NCBI GenBank assembly: GCA_038205745.1
Contig: JBBRBM010000005.1
Location: 2,194 to 66,193 of the forward strand
Direction: 5' to 3'
Origin: Verrucomicrobiota bacterium
GTDB taxonomy: Bacteria > Verrucomicrobiota > Verrucomicrobiia > Limisphaerales > SIBH01
Length of the DNA stretch: 64,000 nt
The notes under the pieces are model-generated. The model did not search any database, had not been told where the DNA came from, and was given only the letters and a program-made list of their open reading frames with translations. The position numbers were made by a program, and so were the translations under genes. This document shows positions 55,961 through 64,000 of this stretch, piece by piece. The first letter of the stretch is position 1, and each line of letters begins with the position of its first letter.

Positions 55961-56839
55961 CTACTTAGTTGATTGCCCGATACGCCGGGTCACGCGCATG
56001 TAATGAAACAGATATTGCTGCGCGTAGCCTGCGTTGGGTCCGAAATGTGTGGCAGTAAAGCGCGTCAGGCGTTTGGCCGAGACGCGACGTTTTGGGAAGT
56101 ACAGTTGCTGGAGCGCTTTCATCACCCACACGTCAACAGGGAAGGCTTGTTGGAATCCGTAAGCGAAGAGGAGCACGCAGTTCGCGATCTTGTTGCCGAC
56201 ACCGGGAAGTTTCAAAAGTCCTTCGCGCGCGTCTTCGACGCTGAGTGAATGCAGTCGGTCGAGATCGATTTCCCGGTTCGCGATCATCTTCGCGGTGCGC
56301 AAAAGATTCGGGGCTCGGAAACCCATTTTGCATCCGCGCAATTCTGCCTCCGCGCACGCAGCCAGACGCTCGGCAGTGGGAAATGAGAAGGCGGGTGCGT
56401 GCGCAATGGGAACGACAAGAGAATCGCCGAGGCGCTCGCACAGCAGGGCCACGATCTGCTGGATTTGCACAATCTGTTTCGTCGAAGAAAGGATGAAGGA
56501 TGCCAGGCATTCCCATGGATCCTGCCGCAACAAGCGGAGGCCACGGCACGCCGTGGTGGCGGTGCGCATGGGCTCATCGTCGGGGAAAGTTCGGAGGACG
56601 CTCGGGAGATCGATGTTGATTTGCAGGTAATCCGACAGCCACTGCCAATCGCTTGTAGATGCGGCGGTGTCGGCGAAAATGCCTGCGTCACGTTGTTGCA
56701 ATCGAACCCAGCGATGATTCACCACGCTCTCCCACCAGCCGTTGCGCTCGACCCATCGAAACGCCTGGCCCGATTTCAACGTCGCTGCGAGATCATAGTC
56801 GCGTACGGCAAAGCAATGCTGGCACGTGGGATCGAGCAT
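55961..56839 (-). CDS. ogg: 8-oxoguanine DNA glycosylase (OGG1-type, HhH-GPD superfamily)
   Basis: N-terminal TLKSGQAFRW. HhH-GPD region LLKLPGVGNKIANCVLLFAYG...FPVDVWV, with the Lys in GVGNK and the Asp in VDVW. Confidence 0.8.
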   Translation of the reverse strand: MLDPTCQHCFAVRDYDLAATLKSGQAFRWVERNGWWESVVNHRWVRLQQRDAGIFADTAASTSDWQWLSDYLQINIDLPSVLRTFPDDEPMRTATTACRGLRLLRQDPWECLASFILSSTKQIVQIQQIVALLCERLGDSLVVPIAHAPAFSFPTAERLAACAEAELRGCKMGFRAPNLLRTAKMIANREIDLDRLHSLSVEDAREGLLKLPGVGNKIANCVLLFAYGFQQAFPVDVWVMKALQQLYFPKRRVSAKRLTRFTATHFGPNAGYAQQYLFHYMRVTRRIGQSTK

Positions 56840-59061
56840 CAGAGCAAGTCACGGCACGCGAAGATTTGCACCCGGTGCAACACGCGCCCGCGATATACGA
56901 CGGGGAAATGGCCGACTTCAGTGACGGAGGCGAACGATTTCACGATGTCGGGCGGGGCCGGTTCCGCCTTGCTCTTCTGCTGGACGTAGAGCGCGTTCTG
57001 ACCGCGGCGCGTGTCTCGGTACGTCGGCCAGAAATAAAACTGGCTCTTCGGCCGTGGAATGTAGCGCATGTAAACGATGGGCGTGCCGGTCACAGTGGTC
57101 TTCGCCTCCGGCATGTAGAACGAAAGCAAACCTGTCGTGCCGTAATGCCCGCCGATGACGAACGCTGGTGTGCCTTCTGCCGCGAGCCTGGCGTATTCGC
57201 GCGAGACGATCCGCGCCATCGTGTTCCAACCGCGCACGCGCCGAAGCGGATCGACTTTCTCGCGCAGCGGCCCGGCATCGAAATGGGCGCGGAGTTTGTT
57301 CGCCGTGCGGATGAATGGATCGCTTTCGTGCAGCACGGCAACGGCGAAGATTCCAACAAAAATAGAGACGGCGAGCACCGTGCGAATGTGTTTCGATCCT
57401 GCCCGCTCGCGCTCCTCCCAGAACAACACGGCCAGACAAAATAGCGGAATGATCGACGCTGCGATCCAGTTAATCTGAACGGATGAGTGGATGGTGTAGG
57501 CGAGATAGACGAGAAACAGCGGCGCACCCATGGAGAAAAAATAACGGAGCAGCGCCGTGCGGTCGCTGGTGACGTCTCGTCGCCGCCAGATGGCGATCAC
57601 CGCCCAAACCACCCCGATGAAGAAGATCGGATGCATCAACCCCGCCGTGCCTCCGAGAAAGCCGGTGAAGTTCGATGGATTCCATTTCCATCCTTCATCG
57701 AGCTTCGCGTCCGTCGCGACATGTGTGGCCGTGATCCATTGGTGCTGTGAATTCCAGACGATCACTGGCAAGGCGCAAACGACGTTCACGACCAAAGCCA
57801 AATAGGGCCCGGGCTTTCTCAGGTGGACACGCGCCGGCTTCCACAGCGCGAAGAACACTGCCCAGCAAAGCCATTGCAGGAGCGCCGTGTATTTGCTGAG
57901 GAAGGCGAGGCCCATCCACAACCCGACGAGCAGCCAATCGCGAGTTCTTCCCTCGCGCAGTGCGCGCCAACCCGTAGCCATTGCGAGCGTCCAGAAGAGC
58001 ACGAGCAGGGGATCGACGGTCATCAAGGTGGAACCGACCGCGAGCAGTGGCGTGACGTTGACCATCACGACGAGCCAGAACCCGGCGCGGGCATTCACGT
58101 GCCGGGCGAAGAAGCGCAGCATCACGAGGCTGCCGATGGCCGCACAGACGGGAGAAAAAAATCGCACGCCCAGTTCGCGGTCCCCGAACAGATGCGTCCC
58201 GAGCCATTGCACGTAGGCGATGAGCGGCGGCTTGCTGAAATACGAAAGTGCGAGGTGCTTCGACCAAAGCCATTGATACGCTTCGTCCTCGCTCAATTCG
58301 ATGCGACCGCTGGCGAGAAACGCGACCCGGCCCAGAAACAGCAGCGTGATCAGCCCGTAGCCGAGACGGAGCCAATGGGAATCGGGAGTGATGAGCGTTG
58401 AAATTTGAGAGTTGAGAGGTGATTCACGAAGGAGCAGCGAGGGCAATCTCTGTTGCCACACTGGAAAAAATCTTTTGCCGACAAGCCGCCACAACGCATC
58501 CACAGCGAACACGATCGCCGCGCCGTATCCCGCACCGATGATCGCGCTGCCGAGGACATCGCTCGGGTAATGAACGCCGTTGTAGATGCGCGAGAATCCG
58601 ACGGTGCATGCGAGCGGCACCATGAAGCGCAACGTGCGGCGAGAATACATGGCAGCAACCATCGTGGCGGCGAACCAGTTCGTGGTGTGGCCCGAAGGAA
58701 AACTTCCGGAGGTGCTGCAGCCAGCGCGGCGGTAAACGTTGGTCGCATCGAGGGTGCGGCTCTTCTTCATCGGCAGGTTCACTCCGTCCAAAGTGATGCA
58801 TGGGCGCGGCCGCGCGACGGCGTGCTTCATCGAGTTGGTGATCCATCCATCACCGACCGGAATCACGATCGCGAGCATCAGCACACAAAGGCGTCCCCGC
58901 GTGCCGCCGCGCCAGATGGCCGCGATCGCGCAGAGGATCAGCGCCGGCCAGAACCACGCGTTGCCCGCGAAGAACGGCATGAACGAATCGAAGAACGAAT
59001 TCGACAGCGTCCCGTTGATGAAACGGAACAGCGCGACGTCGATCGAAGTGAGCCAGGACAC
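56839..59061 (-). CDS. Fusion protein: N-terminal PAP2 lipid phosphatase plus C-terminal GT-C glycosyltransferase (family 39/83, ArnT/PMT_2-like)
   Basis: GTG start. All three PAP2 motifs are intact: KHAVARPRP, FPSGHTT, SRIYNGVHYPSD. These are followed by SEDEAYQWLWSKHLALSYFSKPPLIAY (the DEAY motif of PMT_2/ArnT-like enzymes) and about 10 further TM helices. Confidence 0.85.
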   Translation of the reverse strand: MSWLTSIDVALFRFINGTLSNSFFDSFMPFFAGNAWFWPALILCAIAAIWRGGTRGRLCVLMLAIVIPVGDGWITNSMKHAVARPRPCITLDGVNLPMKKSRTLDATNVYRRAGCSTSGSFPSGHTTNWFAATMVAAMYSRRTLRFMVPLACTVGFSRIYNGVHYPSDVLGSAIIGAGYGAAIVFAVDALWRLVGKRFFPVWQQRLPSLLLRESPLNSQISTLITPDSHWLRLGYGLITLLFLGRVAFLASGRIELSEDEAYQWLWSKHLALSYFSKPPLIAYVQWLGTHLFGDRELGVRFFSPVCAAIGSLVMLRFFARHVNARAGFWLVVMVNVTPLLAVGSTLMTVDPLLVLFWTLAMATGWRALREGRTRDWLLVGLWMGLAFLSKYTALLQWLCWAVFFALWKPARVHLRKPGPYLALVVNVVCALPVIVWNSQHQWITATHVATDAKLDEGWKWNPSNFTGFLGGTAGLMHPIFFIGVVWAVIAIWRRRDVTSDRTALLRYFFSMGAPLFLVYLAYTIHSSVQINWIAASIIPLFCLAVLFWEERERAGSKHIRTVLAVSIFVGIFAVAVLHESDPFIRTANKLRAHFDAGPLREKVDPLRRVRGWNTMARIVSREYARLAAEGTPAFVIGGHYGTTGLLSFYMPEAKTTVTGTPIVYMRYIPRPKSQFYFWPTYRDTRRGQNALYVQQKSKAEPAPPDIVKSFASVTEVGHFPVVYRGRVLHRVQIFACRDLL

Positions 59062-59187
59062 GCGGCGACGTTAGGCGTTGGTGCTCAAGCGTTGCAAGTG
59101 GGGGAGTCGGGTTGCGCCAATCACCGTGAAGAGAACGCTGACGTTCCGCCTTGCCACTCGCAGACAGAAACTGAAACCCTCCAAAGC

Positions 59188-59997
59188 ATGGACTGGTTCT
59201 ACGCCAACAACGGCCAGCAGGCCGGCCCCGTAACTGAATCCACCCTCGACGAACTCGCCCGCACCGGAGTCATCAAGCCCGACACGCTCGTGTGGCGGCA
59301 GGGCATGGCGAGCTGGCTTCCGTACGCGTCCGCGCGGGGCGGTGCTCCGGCAGTGAACGCACCGCCCGTGTTCGATCAAGCACTGTGGGCCGAGTGCAAC
59401 CATCCCTTCTCGAAAAATGATTTGCTGCGCTTCGACAACGCCTACGTCTGCGCCGGCTGCAAACCAACTTTCATCCAGCGCATGCGCGAAGGCGTCGGTC
59501 CTGTCGGCGGACTTGCGTGGCGCTCGGGAAATCTTCTCGTGATGCGGCGTGAAGCTTCGTTGCCGGACCGGTGCGTGAAGTGCAACTCCGCGGCGGGCGG
59601 TCGCAAGCTGACGCGCAAACTTTCGTGGCACTCGCCGTGGCTTTACTTGCTGATTCCTGTCGGCCTTCTTATTTATGCCATCATCGCCACCATCCTCAGC
59701 AAGCGGGCGCGGATCGAGATCGGATTGTGCGAAGATCACTACAACACCCGCAAACGCGACGTTCTGATTGGTTGGATGTCATTCCTCTTGTCCATCGTGC
59801 TGTTCGTGGCCGCCGGATATTTCAGCAACGGCTGGCTGGCCTTCGCAGGCGTCGGACTGCTGCTCGGCGGGATTATTTACGCTATCGTCCGCACGCCGAT
59901 GATTTCGCCCAAACGTATCGACGACAGCTACGTTTGGCTCAAGGGTGTGACACCCGCTTTCATCGCAGAGTTGCCTGCGTTCCCTGGTCCGAGGTAG
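59188..59997 (+). CDS. GYF_2 (DUF4339) domain membrane protein with zinc-ribbon-like Cys pairs
   Basis: ORF 58453..59997 trimmed to the ATG at 59188 (MDWFYANNGQQAGPVTESTLDELARTGVIKPDTLVWRQGMASWLPY is the GYF_2 pattern). CAGC and CVKC pairs are present, and there are three hydrophobic helices at the C-terminus. Confidence 0.7.
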   Translation: MDWFYANNGQQAGPVTESTLDELARTGVIKPDTLVWRQGMASWLPYASARGGAPAVNAPPVFDQALWAECNHPFSKNDLLRFDNAYVCAGCKPTFIQRMREGVGPVGGLAWRSGNLLVMRREASLPDRCVKCNSAAGGRKLTRKLSWHSPWLYLLIPVGLLIYAIIATILSKRARIEIGLCEDHYNTRKRDVLIGWMSFLLSIVLFVAAGYFSNGWLAFAGVGLLLGGIIYAIVRTPMISPKRIDDSYVWLKGVTPAFIAELPAFPGPR

Positions 59998-60024
59998 AAG
60001 TGCGCGTTCCCAAACGCACCACTC

Positions 60025-60756
60025 ATGAATAACTTCGTGGCCGAACTGATCGGGACCGCGCTCCTCGTCCTCCTGGGCGACGGCGTTGTCGCAAACGTTC
60101 TTCTCAACAAATCCAAAGGCAACGGTGGCGGATGGATCGTCATCACCGCCGGATGGGGCTTCGCCGTAATGGTCGGGGCTTATTCGGTCGGCGCAATCAG
60201 CGGCGCTCATTTGAATCCCGCTGTGACGATCGGTCTGGCATCGATTGGTAAATTCAGTTGGGCAGAAGTGCCGACATACGTCGCGGCGCAAATGATCGGC
60301 GCAATTCTCGGCGCCATCGCCGTCTGGCTCGCATACTTGCCGCATTGGGGAATCACCGAAGACAAAGCCGCCGTGCGCGGCGTTTTTTGCACCGCGCCCG
60401 CAGTGCGCAAGCCGGCACTGAATCTCATCACTGAAATCATCGGCACGATGGTTCTTGTGATCGGTGCGCTGGCGATTCCTTCCACGCGTAATTTGATCGA
60501 AGGCTCTGGTCTGGGTAATGCCCTCGGTCCGCTTCTCATTGGTTTCCTTGTATGGTCGATTGGCTTGTCGCTGGGCGGCCCGACCGGTTATGCGATCAAT
60601 CCCGCACGTGATCTCGGCCCGCGCATCGCTCACGCGCTGCTGCCGATTCCTGGAAAGATCCATTCGGACTGGGGCTACGCGTGGGTTCCAGTGGTTGGCC
60701 CGCTGATCGGAGGAACGCTCGGTGCGTTGCTCTACAAACTGGCGTGGGGTCTTTGA
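60025..60756 (+). CDS. glpF: Glycerol uptake facilitator (MIP/aquaporin family)
   Basis: Two NPA boxes (SGAHLNPAVT and YAINPARDLGPR) and six TM helices. It lies immediately upstream of glpK. Confidence 0.9.
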   Translation: MNNFVAELIGTALLVLLGDGVVANVLLNKSKGNGGGWIVITAGWGFAVMVGAYSVGAISGAHLNPAVTIGLASIGKFSWAEVPTYVAAQMIGAILGAIAVWLAYLPHWGITEDKAAVRGVFCTAPAVRKPALNLITEIIGTMVLVIGALAIPSTRNLIEGSGLGNALGPLLIGFLVWSIGLSLGGPTGYAINPARDLGPRIAHALLPIPGKIHSDWGYAWVPVVGPLIGGTLGALLYKLAWGL

Positions 60757-60825
60757 CCGGAGCGCAGAGTTCCAGCCCTGCACAAACAATCTCAACTCGC
60801 GGAGTTTGAACTCCGCGTTCCAATT

Positions 60826-62307
60826 ATGAAATGCATCCTCGCTCTCGACCAAGGCACCACCAGTTCCCGCGCGATCGTATTCGCTCACGACGGCAGCGTT
60901 CTTTCCGTGGCGCAAAAGGAGTTTCGCCAAATCTTCCCGAAGCCCGGCTGGGTCGAACACGACGCGAATGAAATTTGGGCGACCCAATCGAGCGTCGCTG
61001 CTGAAGCCCTCAACAAGGCGCGCTTCACCGCCAACGACGTGGCCGCCATTGGCATCACCAATCAGCGCGAGACAACCGTCGTGTGGGATCGCGCCACGGG
61101 AAAGCCGATCTGCAACGCCATCGTCTGGCAGGATCGGCGCACCGCGGCAGTCTGCGACAAACTGAAAGCGCGCGGCCTTGCGAAGTCGATCACGCGCAAG
61201 ACGGGCCTCGTCGTGGACGCGTATTTCTCGGGCACAAAGCTCCAGTGGATTTTGAAAAATGTTCCCGGTGCGATGGCGAAAGCGCGCGCGGGCGAACTCG
61301 CCTTCGGCACCGTTGACTCGTGGCTTGTGTGGAATCTTACCGGCGGACGCCAGCACGTCACCGATCCGAGCAACGCTTCGCGCACGATGCTCTTCAACAT
61401 CCACACGGGCGATTGGGATGATGAGTTGCTGAAAATGTTCGGCATCCCGCGCTCGGTATTGCCCGAGGTGCGTGACTCCAGTGAAGTTTACGGTGAAACA
61501 AATCTGTTCGGCAGCGCGATCCGCATCGCAGGCATCGCTGGCGACCAGCAGGCGGCGCTTTTTGGCCAGGTCTGCACCAAGCCTGGCATGGTGAAGAACA
61601 CGTACGGCACTGGCTGCTTCATGCTCATGCACACCGGCGCGAAGCCGATCGCGTCGCGGAATCAATTGCTGACGACTGTGGCGTGGCGTATCGGCGGACG
61701 CACAGAGTACGCGCTCGAAGGCAGCATCTTCATCGCAGGTGCAGTGGTGCAATGGCTGCGCGATGGGCTCGGAATCATTGCGTCGTCGCGCGACGTCGAA
61801 TCGCTGGCCTCGCAGGTGCCGGACAATGGCGGCGTGTATCTCGTGCCGGCGTTTGCGGGACTTGGCACACCGCATTGGGATCAATACGCACGGGGCGCAA
61901 TGCTCGGCCTCACGCGTGGCTCGACGAAGGCTCACATCGCTCGCGCCGCGCTCGAAGGCATCGCGTATCAAGTTGCCGATGTGCTGTACGCGATGGAGCG
62001 CGACGCAAAAATTCGCCTGAAGGAACTGCGCGTGGACGGCGGCGCGTGCGCGAACAATTTGCTGATGCAATTTCAGGCTGACCTGCTCGGCGTTCCTGTC
62101 GTGCGCCCGCGCGTTGCTGAGACGACCGCGCTCGGTGCCGCCTACCTCGCCGGACTCGCCGTCGGTTTCTGGAAAGACAAAAACGAAATCGCGAAGCAAT
62201 GGCAGCAAGACCGAAAGTTCACCTCATCGATGCGCAGTGTGGAACGCAAGCGTTTGACTGCCGGTTGGGACAAAGCGTTGAAGCGGGCGCAACGCTGGGC
62301 GGAATGA
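60826..62307 (+). CDS. glpK: Glycerol kinase
   Basis: [43 protein letters not shown] and VDGGA motifs. 493 aa. Confidence 0.95.
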   Translation: MKCILALDQGTTSSRAIVFAHDGSVLSVAQKEFRQIFPKPGWVEHDANEIWATQSSVAAEALNKARFTANDVAAIGITNQRETTVVWDRATGKPICNAIVWQDRRTAAVCDKLKARGLAKSITRKTGLVVDAYFSGTKLQWILKNVPGAMAKARAGELAFGTVDSWLVWNLTGGRQHVTDPSNASRTMLFNIHTGDWDDELLKMFGIPRSVLPEVRDSSEVYGETNLFGSAIRIAGIAGDQQAALFGQVCTKPGMVKNTYGTGCFMLMHTGAKPIASRNQLLTTVAWRIGGRTEYALEGSIFIAGAVVQWLRDGLGIIASSRDVESLASQVPDNGGVYLVPAFAGLGTPHWDQYARGAMLGLTRGSTKAHIARAALEGIAYQVADVLYAMERDAKIRLKELRVDGGACANNLLMQFQADLLGVPVVRPRVAETTALGAAYLAGLAVGFWKDKNEIAKQWQQDRKFTSSMRSVERKRLTAGWDKALKRAQRWAE

Positions 62308-62366
62308 ATGCGCCGAAACGACGCGCCCTAACCTCCATGTTGCAAAGTGGCGCATCTCTGGCGAAA

Positions 62367-62636
62367 ATGACTGCAATGAAACCGGCTTCGATTCTTAAAA
62401 ACGGTACAGTGATTGCACTCCCTCCGCTGACGGCCGTGATCGAGAAGGAAAAGAGCTGGTTCGTTTCGCTGTGCCCGGAACTCGGGGTTGCCAGTCAGGG
62501 AAAGACACAGAACGAAGCCTACTCGATGCTCGCTGATGCGGTTGAAGGTTGGCTCGAAGTTGCGAGTGCAACCGAAATCAAGCGACGGTTGAAGGTGGGC
62601 GCAACTGTCCGGCCGCTCGCTCTGGCAAATGCCTAA
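62367..62636 (+). CDS. hicB: HicB-family antitoxin
   Basis: ORF trimmed to MTAMKPAS. EKEKSWFVSLCPELGVASQGKTQNEAYSMLADAVEGWLE fits the HicB N-terminal pattern. It overlaps hicA by 8 bp. The start is uncertain (62337 or 62367). Confidence 0.65.
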   Translation: MTAMKPASILKNGTVIALPPLTAVIEKEKSWFVSLCPELGVASQGKTQNEAYSMLADAVEGWLEVASATEIKRRLKVGATVRPLALANA

Positions 62637-62871
62637 ACTTCGGCCACTCTCCGCGACCGAAGTCACTCGCATCCTCAAGAGGAATAGTTTCGTTTTCGTC
62701 CGACAGACTGGCAGTCATCTCATCTATCGCCGCGAATTGCCGGGTCAAGACAGCGCCACTGTGCCGGTGCCAAACAAGCGGGAGATTCCCGTAGGGACTT
62801 TGAAATCCATCATCGACTTGAGCGGACTGGATGAAGATATTTTTCGAAAGAAGTTCCCGTCATCCCGGTAA
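62629..62871 (+). CDS. hicA: HicA-family mRNA interferase toxin
   Basis: 80 aa. LSATEVTRILKRNSFVFVRQTGSHLIYRR matches the YcfA/HicA dsRBD-like fold with the conserved GSH. Confidence 0.8.
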   Translation: MPKLRPLSATEVTRILKRNSFVFVRQTGSHLIYRRELPGQDSATVPVPNKREIPVGTLKSIIDLSGLDEDIFRKKFPSSR

Positions 62872-62905
62872 CAATCCAGGCAGTTCGGCTGCATTCGCTG
62901 GATAT

Positions 62906-62940
62906 AAAAACCCCGCTCATCACTGAGCGGGTTTCGAAAA
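62906..62940. terminator. Bidirectional rho-independent terminator
   Basis: AAAAACCCCGCTCA-TCAC-TGAGCGGGTTTCGAAAA lies between convergent hicA and the 62954..63460 gene. Confidence 0.75.
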
Positions 62941-62953
62941 GTTAAGAGCCGGA

Positions 62954-63460
62954 TTATTTCTCGCGCTTGGCTTCCCAGTCGCGGCTCATCGGATCGCCAC
63001 CGTTGCGGCCGGGTGCTTCGATTTTGCCTTTGATGGAGTCGCCATCGACCTTGCCGCTGTATTTGGTCGTGCGCGAATTGCCACCCGCCTCACGCGTGAC
63101 TTCGAAGGAAATCTCGTCGCCCTTGACCTTGCCATTCGAGATCGCAGTCTCGACCGGAGCGGGCGGGGTGGCAGGCGCGGCATCGCCGCCTTGAGCACGT
63201 CGGCCGAACGCCGGCTGTGACAATGTGCCGGTGAGCTTATCGCCGTCAGCCTTCAACGTCAGCGTTGACTTGCGGGGAGTGGCATTCGCCGGAGCATTGC
63301 CGCCCTGGCCGCCACGGCCGCCGGCCGCCTGGGTCCAAGACCACTTGCCGTTGACGTCAGCCTTCTTGGCGTCAGCCGCCTGAACAGGCGCGACAATCAG
63401 GGCAGCGAGAGCAGCGCAACTGATTGCTGTTGTGATTGATGTGAAAAGATTTCTTTGCAT
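62954..63460 (-). CDS. Secreted hypothetical protein with internal GK(V/L)xGD(x)I(S/K) repeats
   Basis: Trimmed to MQRNLFTSITTAISCAALAALIVAPVQA (signal peptide). Repeated units are DGDKLTGTL, GKVKGDEISF and GKVDGDSIKGKIE. No family assigned. Confidence 0.6.
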   Translation of the reverse strand: MQRNLFTSITTAISCAALAALIVAPVQAADAKKADVNGKWSWTQAAGGRGGQGGNAPANATPRKSTLTLKADGDKLTGTLSQPAFGRRAQGGDAAPATPPAPVETAISNGKVKGDEISFEVTREAGGNSRTTKYSGKVDGDSIKGKIEAPGRNGGDPMSRDWEAKREK

Positions 63461-63699
63461 AAACGTTTGTCGAGTTTTCGGTTCCCGTCCCGACGACAAT
63501 GCCACCATGGCAAGGACGAGACGCTTCAAGCCAAAGACGCGTTGCGTGAGAGTGGGTTACGACAATCTTGCGAGGTATTGCTTGCCGGTCCTGATGGCGT
63601 GCGGTTAATTCCCCGCCGCCAGGGCCCATGGAATGCGGACTTACGAACCCCGCCAGGGCCGGAAGGCAGCAACGGTAGTTTGCTCTGCATCCGCCGTGG

Positions 63700-64000
63700 T
63701 CACCCTGGCACTTTCCGCAACCACTCGACCATGCTCGTGATCTGTTTCCGCAATGCCCCGTTGTTCACTCCGAGGCGATACGCGTGATACTCGCCTTTGA
63801 TTGCGTGATGAAAAAAATCTCCGCCTGCACACTGAACGATCAATCCTCCTGCCGCGATATCCCACAAGCGCACGCCCGGTTCCAGATACGCGTCCATGCG
63901 CCCGGTCGCCACGTAAGTGAGTGACAGCGCCGCGCTGCCCATGATGCGAATCTTGCGCACGCGGTGAACGAGATCGTTCATCACCGGGAGCATCTGGTTC
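63700..64000 (-). CDS. Inositol monophosphatase family protein (C-terminal part; the gene continues beyond the window end)
   Basis: IRIMGSAALSLTYVATGRMDAYLEPGVRLWDIAAGGLIVQCAGG matches the IMPase/SuhB C-terminal WD(I/V)AAG motif. The reading frame stays open to position 64000. Confidence 0.8.
   Translation of the reverse strand, partial: NQMLPVMNDLVHRVRKIRIMGSAALSLTYVATGRMDAYLEPGVRLWDIAAGGLIVQCAGGDFFHHAIKGEYHAYRLGVNNGALRKQITSMVEWLRKVPG

Noticed and set aside
58453-59187. 245-aa N-terminal extension of the GYF-domain ORF
   Set aside because: It is antisense to the PAP2-GT fusion gene and is Arg/Asp/His-rich. The GYF_2 pattern begins right at the ATG at 59188.
59779-62208. 809-aa ORF on the minus strand spanning the GYF, glpF and glpK region
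   Set aside because: It is antisense to three well-supported genes with canonical motifs. Its Arg/Ala/Gly-rich low-complexity composition is typical of a spurious open frame in high-GC DNA.
62199-62366. N-terminal extension of the hicB ORF overlapping the glpK 3' end
   Set aside because: It overlaps the well-supported glpK coding end in another frame. HicB-like similarity starts only after the internal Met codons at 62337 and 62367.

Overview
High-GC bacterial chromosomal window. Gene content, giant Ig-repeat surface proteins and many intergenic palindromic elements suggest a Verrucomicrobiota/PVC-type genome; that placement is inference only. About 45 protein-coding genes can be supported, and I found no rRNA, tRNA or CRISPR array. 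Most are housekeeping genes: fabI, mdh, trpS, rpsT, ispF, folE, hisI, glpD, glpF, glpK, a P1B metal ATPase, a sigma54 response regulator, an Ogg-type glycosylase and hicBA. Three things stand out. (1) At 40.1-55.7 kb on the minus strand, an AlgE/AlgG-like beta-helix enzyme (YGFDPHD motif) overlaps by 4 bp a 4,575-aa secreted protein. That protein starts with a PL6 (chondroitinase B / alginate lyase type) domain, followed by Ig-like repeats, a PKD domain, five BACON-like domains, a cohesin-like domain and eleven tandem copies of an unassigned lectin-like module paired with Ig domains. (2) At 29.1-35.5 kb there is a 2,102-aa secreted protein with duplicated Ig / SbsA-Ig-like / PA14 blocks, a duplicated domain I cannot assign, and a concanavalin-like domain. 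(3) The 25.6-36.2 kb zone around it is decaying: a metallophosphoesterase pseudogene split by a 123-bp palindromic element and by a ~0.7-kb foreign insert, a CRTAC1/ASPIC-UnbV remnant, and MITE/REP-like palindromes. The three large secreted proteins share a short C-terminal domain ending in RFYRV/RYYQV, which may be an uncharacterised sorting or anchoring module. Many long ORFs in the supplied track are antisense artefacts of high GC and were rejected.
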